Notes under the pieces: generated by a model
The model's input: the letters and a program-made list of their open reading frames with translations, nothing else
What the model was told of the DNA's origin: nothing
The model's database searches: none
In this document: in pieces, positions 9,563 to 18,660 of the stretch
Layout: each line of letters begins with the position of its first letter
How positions within the stretch are numbered: position 1 is the first letter of the stretch
Sequence record: NC_042116.1
Reading direction: 5' to 3' (one strand)
Length of the DNA: 64,000 nt
Program-made: the position numbers and the translations under genes

Positions 9563-10195
9563 ATGAAACAATGTTTAAATTGTAATAATGAAATTGATGA
9601 TAAGAAAAAGTTTTGCAATAGTTCGTGTGCTGCAAAGTACAATAATTCTCACAGGATATTATCGGAAGAAACAAAATCTAAAATTTCTAAATCTTTAAAA
9701 GGTCGAGAAGTTAAATTTATTGAAACTGAAAATGTTAAGTCTGGAAGACTTCGAGCGGGTGCTAAACGGAGAGAGGCAGCATTGGAACAATTGATGAAAC
9801 GTGATTTTAATGATTTAAGTTTGGTAAGAAAAAAGAAACGTGTTAGAATAGAGCAAGAAAATAAATGTTTCAGGTGTGGATTGAATGAATGGATGAATGA
9901 ACCATTAATATTAGAAGTTGATCATATAGATGGTGATAATACTAATAATATAAGAGAAAATTTACGTGCATTATGTCCAAATTGTCACTCACAAACTGAC
10001 ACATGGAGAGGTACGAATTCACGAAAAGTAAAAATTTCTGATGATGATTTAGTATCTATATTAAAAGAATCTAAATCCATACGAGATGCAATTTTAAAGG
10101 CTGGCATGTCAATTACTAGTCATAGTTATAAAAGAATAAACTTATTAATTGAGAAATATCATATTAATTTTTTACTAAGGGTAAAGGAGGTATAA
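9563..10195 (+). CDS. HNH endonuclease
   Basis: CFRCG...LEVDHIDGDNTNNIRENLRALCPNCHSQT. Confidence 0.9.
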   Translation: MKQCLNCNNEIDDKKKFCNSSCAAKYNNSHRILSEETKSKISKSLKGREVKFIETENVKSGRLRAGAKRREAALEQLMKRDFNDLSLVRKKKRVRIEQENKCFRCGLNEWMNEPLILEVDHIDGDNTNNIRENLRALCPNCHSQTDTWRGTNSRKVKISDDDLVSILKESKSIRDAILKAGMSITSHSYKRINLLIEKYHINFLLRVKEV

Positions 10196-10197
10196 TT

Positions 10198-11565
10198 ATG
10201 TTCCTTGATGAAATTAAACACGTTCCGTTTCCTAGTTATAAATCATTAGAAAAGGCACGTACTGAATCATCTAAATCAATTAATCCAACAACATATGATC
10301 GTTATAAAAAATATCATTATCCAGTAGGTACTGAATTTCGTTTAGCAAAAGCTATTGATTCTTTAATTGTTAAAATTAAAAAGGTAATTAAATATGTCAG
10401 TTAAATTTACTCCAGTAGTAACGTCGTTAACAAATACACTTGTTGTTGAATTAGAATACGAACATGGTGATGCAGATGCAACTACATATGACTATGCATC
10501 CATCTCAGTACTTCCTGAACAGAAACAAACTATTGGGGGATTGCTTTCAATTATTGAGCATGGTTTAGAATGCCAGAATGCCGAACGATATGATGACACT
10601 ATTGATCCATTTTTTGTTGATGAAACAGTAACCTATGACAATGACCAAGGTATTCCATTAGTTGGAGTTGAAATTCGTTTTGGTTTTGATTATAATGCTC
10701 CGAAAGAGAAAGGAACTGTAATTGAAGTTGATCATGACCAGCAATATATTATTGTTCGTTCAGCAACGGGTGAAGTACACCAATTAGAATTTGATGAACT
10801 TGAAGATTGTATTACTTCATCGATTGGTATTATGGTAATGGATGGTAGTGAAATCAGCTTTACATATAATGGTATTAGTGTTAACATTGGTAGTGTTGGT
10901 GATTGCACAGTTGACCAGCAATATAATGCATCAGGTGGTATTAACGCAGTTTATTACTATGATGAAAATGGTATTAAATACATTGTAACTGATTATTAAA
11001 ATTTGCGGGAACGCTTGACAAACTGCCAAACACCCCGTTAACATAGGGGGTTGTTTATGAAGTACTTTTATGAAGTATTAATTGTATTAGTAATTTTGGT
11101 TGGTCTTATTGCTTTCTGGTTAAAAAGTTTATTAATTTCAATACTAGGAATATTAATATTCTTAGTTGGATGTTTAATTGAATACGTTGTTAATAGGATA
11201 AAAACATGAAACATTTTCTTGAAGTATTATTTGTTGCTATTGCAGTAGTTGCTATGATGTTAGGTTATACAGTAATTGCAATTTGGTCAGCAATGTTTGC
11301 TATTATCTTTTGGGCTGCTCCTAATTCATCAGTTAAAAAAACTCCTGAAGATTATCTTAATGAATCTCGTAAATTAAACGTATCAGGAGCAGAGGTTGAG
11401 TTTGAATTTTTATCGGATAAAGGTAAAACTTTTACAGTTAAATTAGAACCTCATTTGTATATTAATGATGATATGCTTATGGATAGTTTGGTAGAATATA
11501 TCGTTAAACACACTGGAATTCAAACCAGTTCTGAACGTTTAAATATCATTTCTATAAAAAAATAA
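10198..11565 (+). CDS. hypothetical proteins (10198-10404; 10394-10999 EHGD family; 11206-11565 membrane-anchored)
   Basis: ORF track; RBSs; hydrophobic N-terminus in 11206. Confidence 0.75.
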
Positions 11566-11570
11566 TTATT

Positions 11571-11596
11571 AAAAACCCTTTTTTAAGGGTTTTTTA
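11571..11596 (+). terminator. intrinsic terminator
   Basis: AAAAACCCTT-TTTT-AAGGGTTTTTT. Confidence 0.7.
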
Positions 11597-11599
11597 ATT

Positions 11600-11685
11600 G
11601 GGGATATGGTGTAATGGTAGACGCAGGGGATTCAAAATCCCCCGCCCTTAGTGGCGTGTCAGTTCGAGTCTGACTATCCCCACCA
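11600..11685 (+). tRNA. tRNA-Leu(CAA)
   Basis: GGGGA-TTCAAAA-TCCCC, long variable arm, A-CCA end. Confidence 0.92.
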
Positions 11686-11805
11686 AATATTTTAATTAAA
11701 CTCATTTTTGTACTTGACATAAATCAAGAAATGTCTTACAATGTGTATATGTTCAGTAATGAACTAAACCGTTGTTAAACTATAAATTACCTTTTGGGTG
11801 AAAAA

Positions 11806-13392
11806 ATGAAAAAAACTTTATTAGCGTTATCTATTGTAGTAGCATCAATGACTGCATTTAACGCAACCGCAGCAGTCTCTTTAAAATCATCAGGCGACCA
11901 ATTTGGTCCGGCTATGTCTGATTTACTGCAATCAAATGAAAACGGTAACTGGAATCAGCAACGATTCATGAACACGTTCAATAATCGCTTTAATGGTACT
12001 GAAGCAGAAGCATTAGCATTGTTTAATGCTGTAAAAGGTGGTAATGTTCCAACATCCCTTGATAGCTTTAATAGTACTTTACCATCTTCAGGTGGTACTG
12101 TCACAAAAGGTGATAAGGGCGATAAAGGTGACAAAGGCGAAAATGGTGCAGATGGTACAAAAGTATCATTAACTCCAGATGGTACTATTACATTGGATGA
12201 TGGTAAAGGTGGAACCGTTCAACAAGATTTGGCTACACAAGCTGAATTAAATCAAGAACGTTATAAACTTGAACAAAAAGATAAAGAACACGATGTTACT
12301 CTTACTGATCATGAAACTCGTTTAGATACAGTCGAAAATATGACGAATGGTTTAAATGTCGTTGTAGGGACTAATAAACAAGATATCGAAGAATTAAAAG
12401 ACGGTAAAGCAGACAAAAAAGATCTGGATAAAGAAGTTGCAGATCGTGATGCTGGTGATAAAGTACTAGATTCTAAAATTGATAATGTAGTATCAAATCA
12501 ATCAAGTACTGATGCTGCACAAAATGCCGCCATTGATAGTAAAGTAGATAAAACTACACAAGCAGCGAAAGATTCAGCTCAAGATACTGCTATTGGTAAT
12601 AAAGTTGACAAAAGTCAATATAATACTGATAAAGTAATTCAGGGTATTCATGATGCTGCACAAGACAATGCAATTATCGGACTGGCAGTAACAAAAGCAG
12701 ACAAAAAAGATCTGGATAAAGAAGTAGCTGACCGTAAAACCGCAGATAATAAATTGCAATCAAATATTGACAATGAAGCAAATGTGCGTAATAATGCAGA
12801 TGTTGCATTGAAAAACAATATTGATAAAAATAAAGCTGACCAACTTGGTGTTGATACTGCACAAAATGCCGTTATTGATACTAAAGCAAGTAAGCAAGAT
12901 TTAAACACTGAAGTTGATGAACGTAAAGTAGCTGATAAAAAGTTGCAGAAAAACATTGACAATGAAGCAAATGTACGTAATAATGCAGACCAAGTTCTTA
13001 GTTCTCGCATTGATACAAATAGTACTACTTTAGTACAACACGACCAACGTATTACAAGTAACACACAACGTGTTGGTGTAGTTGAAAATCGTGTAACTAA
13101 TTTAGAACAAAGTACTAATCGTCGGTTTACAGAATTAAAAAGTACTGTAGATGATAACCGTAAAGTTGCAAGTGCTGGTATTGCTGGTGCAGGTGCAATG
13201 GCAAATATTCCACAAGTATCGCAAAATAGTACTTTCTCTGTCGGTGCTGGTATTGGTGGTTATGATAGTGAGCAAGCAGTTGCTGTAGGATTCTCTGCTC
13301 GTATTAACAACAACATTGTAACTAAGGTTGCTGTAAGTACAAATACACAATCCGAGTTGTTATGGGGTGCTGGTGTAGGTGTAGAATGGTAA
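11806..13392 (+). CDS. YadA/Eib-type trimeric autotransporter adhesin
   Basis: Signal peptide MKKTLLALSIVVASMTAFNATA; collagen-like GDKGDKGDKGENG; repeated stalk motifs (DKKDLDKEVADR, NIDNEANVRNNAD); C-terminal anchor ...GAGIGGYDSEQAVAVG...GAGVGVEW. Confidence 0.9.
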   Translation: MKKTLLALSIVVASMTAFNATAAVSLKSSGDQFGPAMSDLLQSNENGNWNQQRFMNTFNNRFNGTEAEALALFNAVKGGNVPTSLDSFNSTLPSSGGTVTKGDKGDKGDKGENGADGTKVSLTPDGTITLDDGKGGTVQQDLATQAELNQERYKLEQKDKEHDVTLTDHETRLDTVENMTNGLNVVVGTNKQDIEELKDGKADKKDLDKEVADRDAGDKVLDSKIDNVVSNQSSTDAAQNAAIDSKVDKTTQAAKDSAQDTAIGNKVDKSQYNTDKVIQGIHDAAQDNAIIGLAVTKADKKDLDKEVADRKTADNKLQSNIDNEANVRNNADVALKNNIDKNKADQLGVDTAQNAVIDTKASKQDLNTEVDERKVADKKLQKNIDNEANVRNNADQVLSSRIDTNSTTLVQHDQRITSNTQRVGVVENRVTNLEQSTNRRFTELKSTVDDNRKVASAGIAGAGAMANIPQVSQNSTFSVGAGIGGYDSEQAVAVGFSARINNNIVTKVAVSTNTQSELLWGAGVGVEW

Positions 13393-13405
13393 TTGGTTGA
13401 ATACG

Positions 13406-13428
13406 TTAGGGGTACACTGTACCCCTAA
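13406..13428. terminator. hairpin/terminator after adhesin gene
   Basis: TTAGGGGTAC-ACT-GTACCCCTAA. Confidence 0.6.
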
Positions 13429-13457
13429 AATTTTAAGTTAGATAGCAGGAGAATTCA

Positions 13458-13967
13458 ATGTATACAGAAGAATATTGTGAAAACAATTTGATAAACATTG
13501 GAAAAGGTGCTTCCCGAACAGTTTTTGCAATAAATCTTGATTATGTAGTTAAAGTTGCACATAATAAATTTGGTGTAGACCAAAATATTCAAGAGATGAA
13601 ATTGTTTCAAAAATATGGAAAGATATTACCTCTTTGTAAAATAGATCTTTACCATAGTAATGAAAACTATATAATAATGGAACGTATTAATACTTTTAAT
13701 GTAGAGTATAATGCATTTGATATCACCCAAATAGATATGATATCACATTTGGTTTGTGTTGAACAAATTGATAATGATTATATTAGCACATTACCTCCAG
13801 TACTGGCAGAATTTGCAAATAATTTACTCAGTAATGAATTAAGTAATGACGAAATTAGAAATGTATTGTATGATGTTGTACATTATAATGTTGGTATAAA
13901 AGATGGTAAGATATTAATTCTTGATTATGGATTTACTAAAGAATTAGATTCTGAATATTGGGAATAA
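13458..13967 (+). CDS. protein kinase-like fold protein
   Basis: IGKGASRTVF Gly loop, VVKVA lysine, DVVHYN (DxxxxN), ILDYG (DFG-like). Confidence 0.65.
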   Translation: MYTEEYCENNLINIGKGASRTVFAINLDYVVKVAHNKFGVDQNIQEMKLFQKYGKILPLCKIDLYHSNENYIIMERINTFNVEYNAFDITQIDMISHLVCVEQIDNDYISTLPPVLAEFANNLLSNELSNDEIRNVLYDVVHYNVGIKDGKILILDYGFTKELDSEYWE

Positions 13968-14089
13968 AAAATAGCTTGACATGATGATTTGAATTTGATA
14001 TAATGTATATCACATCGACGGATGATAAACGTAACTCTGGTACTTATGATTAAGTACTTTTTTGAAAATAAAATATAAGGGCTTTATAA

Positions 14090-15094
14090 ATGGCTAAGAA
14101 CACAATTACTGATATTGGCGAAGTTGAACGTACTGTGAATTATATCAAGTTCCAGATCTCTCAAGCTGATGAGCAGCTTGCACCATTCGCTAACAGCGAT
14201 AAGCCAAAGATTTGCTATGCACATCTGTTGGAGTGGAAAAAGCAGTTGCAATCTGAACTGTATGAAATCCGTCAGGCTCAGCAGAAAGCACGTCATAACA
14301 ATCCACACAAGTAATAAGCCATGCCGCCAACAATGCTGGCGGCGTCTTTTAAGTGATAACAAGAGTATATTATAATGAAAAGTGCAACAGCGTTAAAAAA
14401 TATGAATCAGCGTATTCAAACATTACGTTCTCAACGGGATTTAGCTTGGTCAGATTGGAGTAAGTTAAATAGTATTGAGACTAAAACCAAAGATGAATCA
14501 AAAGATCTATCTAAAATTTCAGGTTTTATTAGTAAATTAAATTATGAAATTCGCGGTTTGGAATTGTCTTTTAATGAATTGAAAAAACAAGTCATTGATG
14601 AAATCATTTTGTCTTAATAAAAAATGGGGTTAGTTATGGGTGTGATAGTTATTTACTGTATATTAGGTTCCCTTGGTTTATTCACATTGTATATGTTTGT
14701 AGTAACATCTGCAATGGGGACAGAACGACTTAAAACTTCTCAGTACTTTATGTCTTCATTGAGTTATTGTGAAGAAGCAACAACTAAAATTAATTTGTTG
14801 ATTGATAAGTATGAAGCAGGGCTTATTAAAGCAAAATTAAAAAATAATGTAATTGAATTTACTGAAATGGAAAAAAATATTCCAGCAGGTGAAATCTGGA
14901 TAGCAAATAAATATTTTTCATATGGTCAGTTACATCGTTATGGTGCGAATGGAAATATCTCTTGGCAATGTAATAAACCAAGTTTAAAAACTTTTAAACG
15001 AATTATTAAACTTGAAAAACAGCTAAACGTTGCTCATCAAGAACCAGTACCGAAAAGTGCAAAATCAACAGATGAGCCTGTAATTTTGGACTAA
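14090..15094 (+). CDS. hypothetical proteins (14090-14314, 14375-14617, 14624-15094)
   Basis: ORF track; sigma70-like promoter TTGACA-17-TATAAT near 13977; hairpin GCCGCCA/TGGCGGC at 14323-14343. Confidence 0.75.
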
Positions 15095-15197
15095 GGGCGT
15101 AATTGCCCTATTTTAATTAAGAGATTTAAAATATACATTTGAGAACTTCATGGTATGGGAAAAGTAGTAAATTTCTTTCAAATGTTATCGTAAATAT

Positions 15198-15227
15198 TTG
15201 AAACAACTAAAAAAATTGTGGTATAAT
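15198..15227 (+). promoter_or_regulatory. RNA-gene promoter class
   Basis: TTGAAAC-N14-TGGTATAAT upstream of Y-like RNA. Confidence 0.8.
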
Positions 15228-15244
15228 ATAGTACATAAGGCAAC

Positions 15245-15360
15245 GGAATCTTACAGCAAAAATACTAATTTTGATGAAAACGAAACGACGAGGTTCGAAT
15301 CCTCACCCACGAATTGCCTTATTATTAGTGGGAGCATGGTGCTGGATAAACAAAGATTCC
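15245..15360 (+). ncRNA. YrlA-like RNA (topology 2, permuted tRNA body)
   Basis: GGAATCT/AGATTCC ends, TACAGCAA, GAGG-TTCGAAT-CCTC T arm, CCCAC/GTGGG closed acceptor, AGC-ATGGT-GCT D arm. Confidence 0.8.
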
Positions 15361-15380
15361 AAAATTTAAGTTAGAAAAAT

Positions 15381-15410
15381 ATGAAACAAATCAAAAATTT
15401 GTGGTATAAT
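15381..15410 (+). promoter_or_regulatory. RNA-gene promoter class
   Basis: ATGAAAC-N14-TGGTATAAT. Confidence 0.8.
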
Positions 15411-15422
15411 ATAAGAAGTAAA

Positions 15423-15533
15423 GCGGGATGGTGATTGATGAAAGCTGTTATTTGATTCTAGACAATCATAATAAGCGAGTAATAGAACAGGGTTCTTAAT
15501 ATCACATGGGTTCAAATCCCTGTCGCTGCACAA
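15423..15533 (+). pseudogene. degenerate tRNA-like element, possibly an eroded topology-3 member
   Basis: 3' T arm GGG-TTCAAAT-CCC and TCGCTGC-A-CAA end; internal TGATT-ctagac-AATCA hairpin; 5' acceptor strand poorly matched. Confidence 0.4.
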
Positions 15534-15543
15534 AAGCAACAAA

Positions 15544-15662
15544 TGAAATCTTACAGCAAACACAACATTTTTTCCTTGCATAGAAAAACGGTGGGGTTCG
15601 ATTCCCCAACATCCAAGTTGCTTTTTAGGATGTGTCTGGACGACCGTATGACACAGATTTCA
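15544..15662 (+). ncRNA. YrlA-like RNA (topology 2) with Ala-like CTTGCAT loop
   Basis: TGAAATCT/AGATTTCA, TACAGCAA, TGGGG-TTCGATT-CCCCA, ACATCC/GGATGT, GTC-TGGAC-GAC. Confidence 0.8.
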
Positions 15663-15667
15663 GTACT

Positions 15668-15745
15668 GTTCCGTTAGACAAATTGGTATAGTCACCACAC
15701 TTTCAATGTGGATTTCTGAGGGTTCAAGTCCCTCACGGAACGCTA
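15668..15745 (+). tRNA. tRNA-Glu(UUC), 3' end CTA
   Basis: GTTCCGT/ACGGAAC, CCACA-CTTTCAA-TGTGG. Confidence 0.9.
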
Positions 15746-15746
15746 A

Positions 15747-15861
15747 AGGATTCGTACAGCAACAATAAACTCTTAAAATTCAATTGGTGAAAACAACCTT
15801 GCAGTTCGATTCTGCTTCCACAATGCGTGGATCTGGTGGTGGATAGAAAAAACCGAATCCT
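15747..15861 (+). ncRNA. YrlA-like RNA (topology 2)
   Basis: AGGATTCG/CGAATCCT, TACAGCAA, TTG-GTGAAAA-CAA hairpin, GCAG-TTCGATT-CTGC, TCCAC/GTGGA. Confidence 0.75.
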
Positions 15862-15899
15862 GATTTTAATTAAGAAGTACTAAAGAATTTGATACACAC

Positions 15900-16052
15900 G
15901 GATTTATACAGCAAACATAATCCTAAAATAAAACATACGATAATGTTATTAACTCGGAATTCGTTCCTTTCGTTAGTACTTGGCAACTTGGGTACTTAAA
16001 TAAGTTGTATCACCTCATGTGTATCGGATTAGTGGTGATTATAAATAAATCC
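15900..16052 (+). ncRNA. Y-like family RNA, long multi-hairpin variant without obvious tRNA body
   Basis: GGATTTA/TAAATCC, TACAGCAA; internal AACAT/ATGTT, AGTAC/GTACT, ATCACC/GGTGAT helices. Confidence 0.65.
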
Positions 16053-16088
16053 AGTAAATCAAAAGTACCTTTATCGGTACTTTTTTAT

Positions 16089-16181
16089 GGAAGATTGGCA
16101 GAGTTTGGTTTATTGCACAGGTCTTGAGTACCTGCGGGGGTTAATAGCCCTCCGTGAGTTCGAATCTCACATCTTCCTCCA
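16089..16181 (+). tRNA. tRNA-Ser(UGA), atypical loop and discriminator
   Basis: GGAAGAT/ATCTTCC-T-CCA; CAGGT-CTTGAGT-ACCTG; long variable arm. Confidence 0.85.
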
Positions 16182-16199
16182 AATTTTATGTAGTACAAT

Positions 16200-16277
16200 G
16201 GGGTACGTAGCTCAGTCTGGTAGAGCAGCCATGCGAAAACGGTGTGTCGGTGGTTCGAATCCACTCGCTCCCCACTA
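16200..16277 (+). pseudogene. pseudo-tRNA (disrupted anticodon arm)
   Basis: Canonical D and T arms; GCC/GGT stem with 10-nt loop ATGCGAAAAC; mismatched acceptor; CTA end. Confidence 0.6.
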
Positions 16278-16278
16278 A

Positions 16279-16335
16279 GGAATCTAGCAGCAACCATAAC
16301 CCAATCAAACTTTTAATTTGACAATTATGGATTCC
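16279..16335 (+). ncRNA. minimal Y-like RNA (topology 1) displaying a Lys(UUU) anticodon stem-loop
   Basis: GGAATC/GATTCC, TAGCAGCAA bulge, CCATAA/TTATGG, TCAAA-CTTTTAA-TTTGA (16305-16321). Confidence 0.8.
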
Positions 16336-16358
16336 AGTTATTTTAAGTTGAGAATAGC

Positions 16359-16763
16359 ATGACGGATAACGAAAAACTTGAAAATATATTAATTGAAGCA
16401 TTGACAATAATTAATACTTCAACATATAATTTTGAAACGTCCAAAGACGATTCAAAATCTAGATTTGTCTTATGCGGTAAAAGAGCACAACTTAAGTTGT
16501 ACTTTTCTGCCAAATATGGTGAATTAAGTATAGAATTTATTCATCACTTGATTGGAGATACCCTATCATTTCAGATTAATTATTATGATGATTCGGACGA
16601 AGATGATGATTACCATAATTTATATGGTGAAATACGTATTCCAAGAACTGAAGAACAATACTTTCAGTACTACACAATTCAAGATCATGTTTTCTCTTTA
16701 GAGTTTTATAAATTATTAGAAAACATAATGAACGAATTATTGGTAAAGTGGCAGAGCGGCTGA
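16359..16763 (+). CDS. hypothetical protein, EExxFQxxT family
   Basis: PRTEEQYFQYYTIQD; true stop overlaps downstream tRNA-Ser. Confidence 0.75.
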   Translation: MTDNEKLENILIEALTIINTSTYNFETSKDDSKSRFVLCGKRAQLKLYFSAKYGELSIEFIHHLIGDTLSFQINYYDDSDEDDDYHNLYGEIRIPRTEEQYFQYYTIQDHVFSLEFYKLLENIMNELLVKWQSG

Positions 16764-16835
16764 ATGCAACCGCTTGGAAAGCGGTCAGGTTAGGTGATAC
16801 TAGCCTCGTAGGTTCAAATCCTATCTTTACCGCAA
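16742..16835 (+). tRNA. tRNA-Ser(GGA), 3' end CAA
   Basis: GGTAAAG/CTTTACC-G; ACCGC-TTGGAAA-GCGGT; long variable arm. Confidence 0.92.
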
Positions 16836-16882
16836 AAGTAATAACCTCCTTATTAAAGAATACATACCCATAGGAGAATATT

Positions 16883-17239
16883 ATGTACGAGAAAGATGAT
16901 GGTCCATTAACAGATGAACAATTGTGTATTATTCGTGAAATGAATAGTCATTTAGAACAATCTAATTTAAGTATAGACTTGGATTGGTTAAATAGTGAAA
17001 AACAAGGAAATGCAATGTATTACGACTACTATTACAAAATTGATGGTGAACTTCGTCGTCATACCAGTAATCAAGAGTTAACTGATGCGGAAATCAATAA
17101 TATTTTTGGTGCAAGCAAACATGTGGTAATGCTTACTCCAATTGTTTTTGAACGTGAGATTAGTACGGAAGATAAGTCTGGTAATAAAATTAAAAGTACT
17201 GAAAAAGTACACGTAGGATTTTTAGGTTACGTGGAATAA
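16883..17239 (+). CDS. hypothetical protein
   Basis: GGAG RBS; ORF track. Confidence 0.7.
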   Translation: MYEKDDGPLTDEQLCIIREMNSHLEQSNLSIDLDWLNSEKQGNAMYYDYYYKIDGELRRHTSNQELTDAEINNIFGASKHVVMLTPIVFEREISTEDKSGNKIKSTEKVHVGFLGYVE

Positions 17240-17284
17240 TATAATTTATTGGATTCGAAAGAATCCTTTTTAAGTGAGATGATT

Positions 17285-17509
17285 ATGGATAATCAACATA
17301 AAAAGATTAAAGGGTATCGTGACCTTTCTCAAAAAGAAATCGATGCAATGAATGAAATTAAACAACTAGCAGCTACTGTTGAAGAGTTAATTGAAAAACT
17401 TGAAGGAACTGACTCTATTGATAAACGCTGGCTTGCTATTGCAAAAACAGATTTACAAAAAGGGTTCATGTCAGCAGTGCGAAGCGTGGCTAAACCAGAT
17501 TCCTTTTGA
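17285..17509 (+). CDS. acb2: anti-CBASS protein Acb2 homolog (cyclic oligonucleotide sponge)
   Basis: From ATG17285: [20 protein letters not shown]...[27 protein letters not shown], near-identical N- and C-terminal motifs to Acb2 as recalled. Confidence 0.88.
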   Translation: MDNQHKKIKGYRDLSQKEIDAMNEIKQLAATVEELIEKLEGTDSIDKRWLAIAKTDLQKGFMSAVRSVAKPDSF

Positions 17510-17517
17510 GGAAAATA

Positions 17518-17898
17518 ATGCATCCAATTGATAACCATGCTGATATAATTGATGATGTTATAACTGAAATACTTGAAATTTATACGTGTAAAGTTGAAGT
17601 TTATAATTATGGTAATTTGTTTTCACAGCACGGCTATAGTACTAAACATAATATAAATTATCATATAAATGCAAAGTACTATAATAATAATTCAAAAAAT
17701 GGTAGACGAGCTAATAGTCTTGTGATAGAATTTAAATTCACTAACAGAGTTCCTAAAGGACTAAAAGATTATTATAGATTATCAATACCTGAAATACAAA
17801 GTATTACAGAAGAACGACATTTTCAATTAATGTTAGTTACTGATGATATGTACTTGGATTATGAAGTTATAAATAAATTACGTACACATATTATGTAA
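17518..17898 (+). CDS. hypothetical protein, EExxFQ family
   Basis: ITEERHFQLMLVTD. Confidence 0.75.
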   Translation: MHPIDNHADIIDDVITEILEIYTCKVEVYNYGNLFSQHGYSTKHNINYHINAKYYNNNSKNGRRANSLVIEFKFTNRVPKGLKDYYRLSIPEIQSITEERHFQLMLVTDDMYLDYEVINKLRTHIM

Positions 17899-17907
17899 AA
17901 AAGTTTT

Positions 17908-17961
17908 TAGAATCTAACAGCAATCAAAACTCATTGGATATATGAAAAAAAATAGATTCTA
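17908..17961 (+). ncRNA. minimal Y-like RNA (topology 1)
   Basis: TAGAATCTA/TAGATTCTA, ACAGCAA, TCAT-TGGATAT-ATGA apical hairpin. Confidence 0.75.
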
Positions 17962-17966
17962 GTATT

Positions 17967-18041
17967 TGGGAATTATCTCAGCGGTAGAGAGCACAACTGA
18001 TAATTGTGAGGTCACTGGTTCAAATCCAGTATTCCCAACTA
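17967..18041 (+). tRNA. tRNA-Ile(GAU), 3' end CTA
   Basis: TGGGAAT/ATTCCCA; CACAA-CTGATAA-TTGTG. Confidence 0.9.
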
Positions 18042-18137
18042 AGTAGTTCAGTACTGAAATATGTACAGTGAAATTATTCAACACTATAGGTAGAACTTTG
18101 AATGAATCAGTAAGCCTATAAGTAACTATATTAAATT

Positions 18138-18268
18138 TGGAATTCAACAGCAATCTTCACTTACTAAAAACAGCTACCTCACGGTTTGTAGGTTCGAGTC
18201 CTACCTTGTACTTTCGAGTACATGTGGTGAAATCGGTAAACACGGCTGTCAAAAAGAAATGAATTCCA
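18138..18268 (+). ncRNA. YrlA-like RNA (topology 2) built from a permuted tRNA-Leu-type body
   Basis: TGGAATTCA/TGAATTCCA, ACAGCAA, ACAGC/GCTGT stem, ACC-TCAC-GGT variable arm, GTAGG-TTCGAGT-CCTAC, TGTAC-TTTCGA-GTACA closed acceptor, Leu-type D arm TGGTGAAATCGGTAAACAC. Confidence 0.85.
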
Positions 18269-18321
18269 GTATTAATTAAGACATAAATATTCTTATACAT
18301 TATTTTTGTAGGAATATAGAT

Positions 18322-18534
18322 ATGGAAATGAAAAAGTTGATGGAAGAGATATCTTCCATAATGGAAGGACAATTACCATGATATTATTATCACGGTAGCT
18401 CTAGACCAATATCAAATTTCAGTGATGAGTTTGTGGGAGAACGTTTTATAATAGTATATAATCCAGCAAGCATAAAAGTTATAAACACTTTCAATCCAGA
18501 AGAAGCTAAGCAGAAACTACTTGGAAGTGATTAA
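18322..18534 (+). pseudogene. interrupted remnant resembling an ADP-ribosyltransferase (ART-PolyVal-like) domain
   Basis: In-frame TGA at 18379; downstream YYHGSSRPISNFS and IVYNPASIKVI motifs directly juxtaposed (core deleted). Confidence 0.4.
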
Positions 18535-18540
18535 AAAATT

Positions 18541-18660
18541 TGGAATTCAACAGCAAATCATTCAAAACACGTAGCATGTCGTAGGTTCAAGTCCTACCAG
18601 TACTTAATTGTACTGTAGCTCAGTCGGGAGAGCAGCCACCTTAAAAAGAAATGAATTCCA
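18541..18660 (+). ncRNA. YrlA-like RNA (topology 2)
   Basis: TGGAATTCA/TGAATTCCA, ACAGCAA, GTAGG-TTCAAGT-CCTAC, CAGTAC-TTAATT-GTACTG closed acceptor, TA-GCTC-AGTCGGGA-GAGC D arm. Confidence 0.85.
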
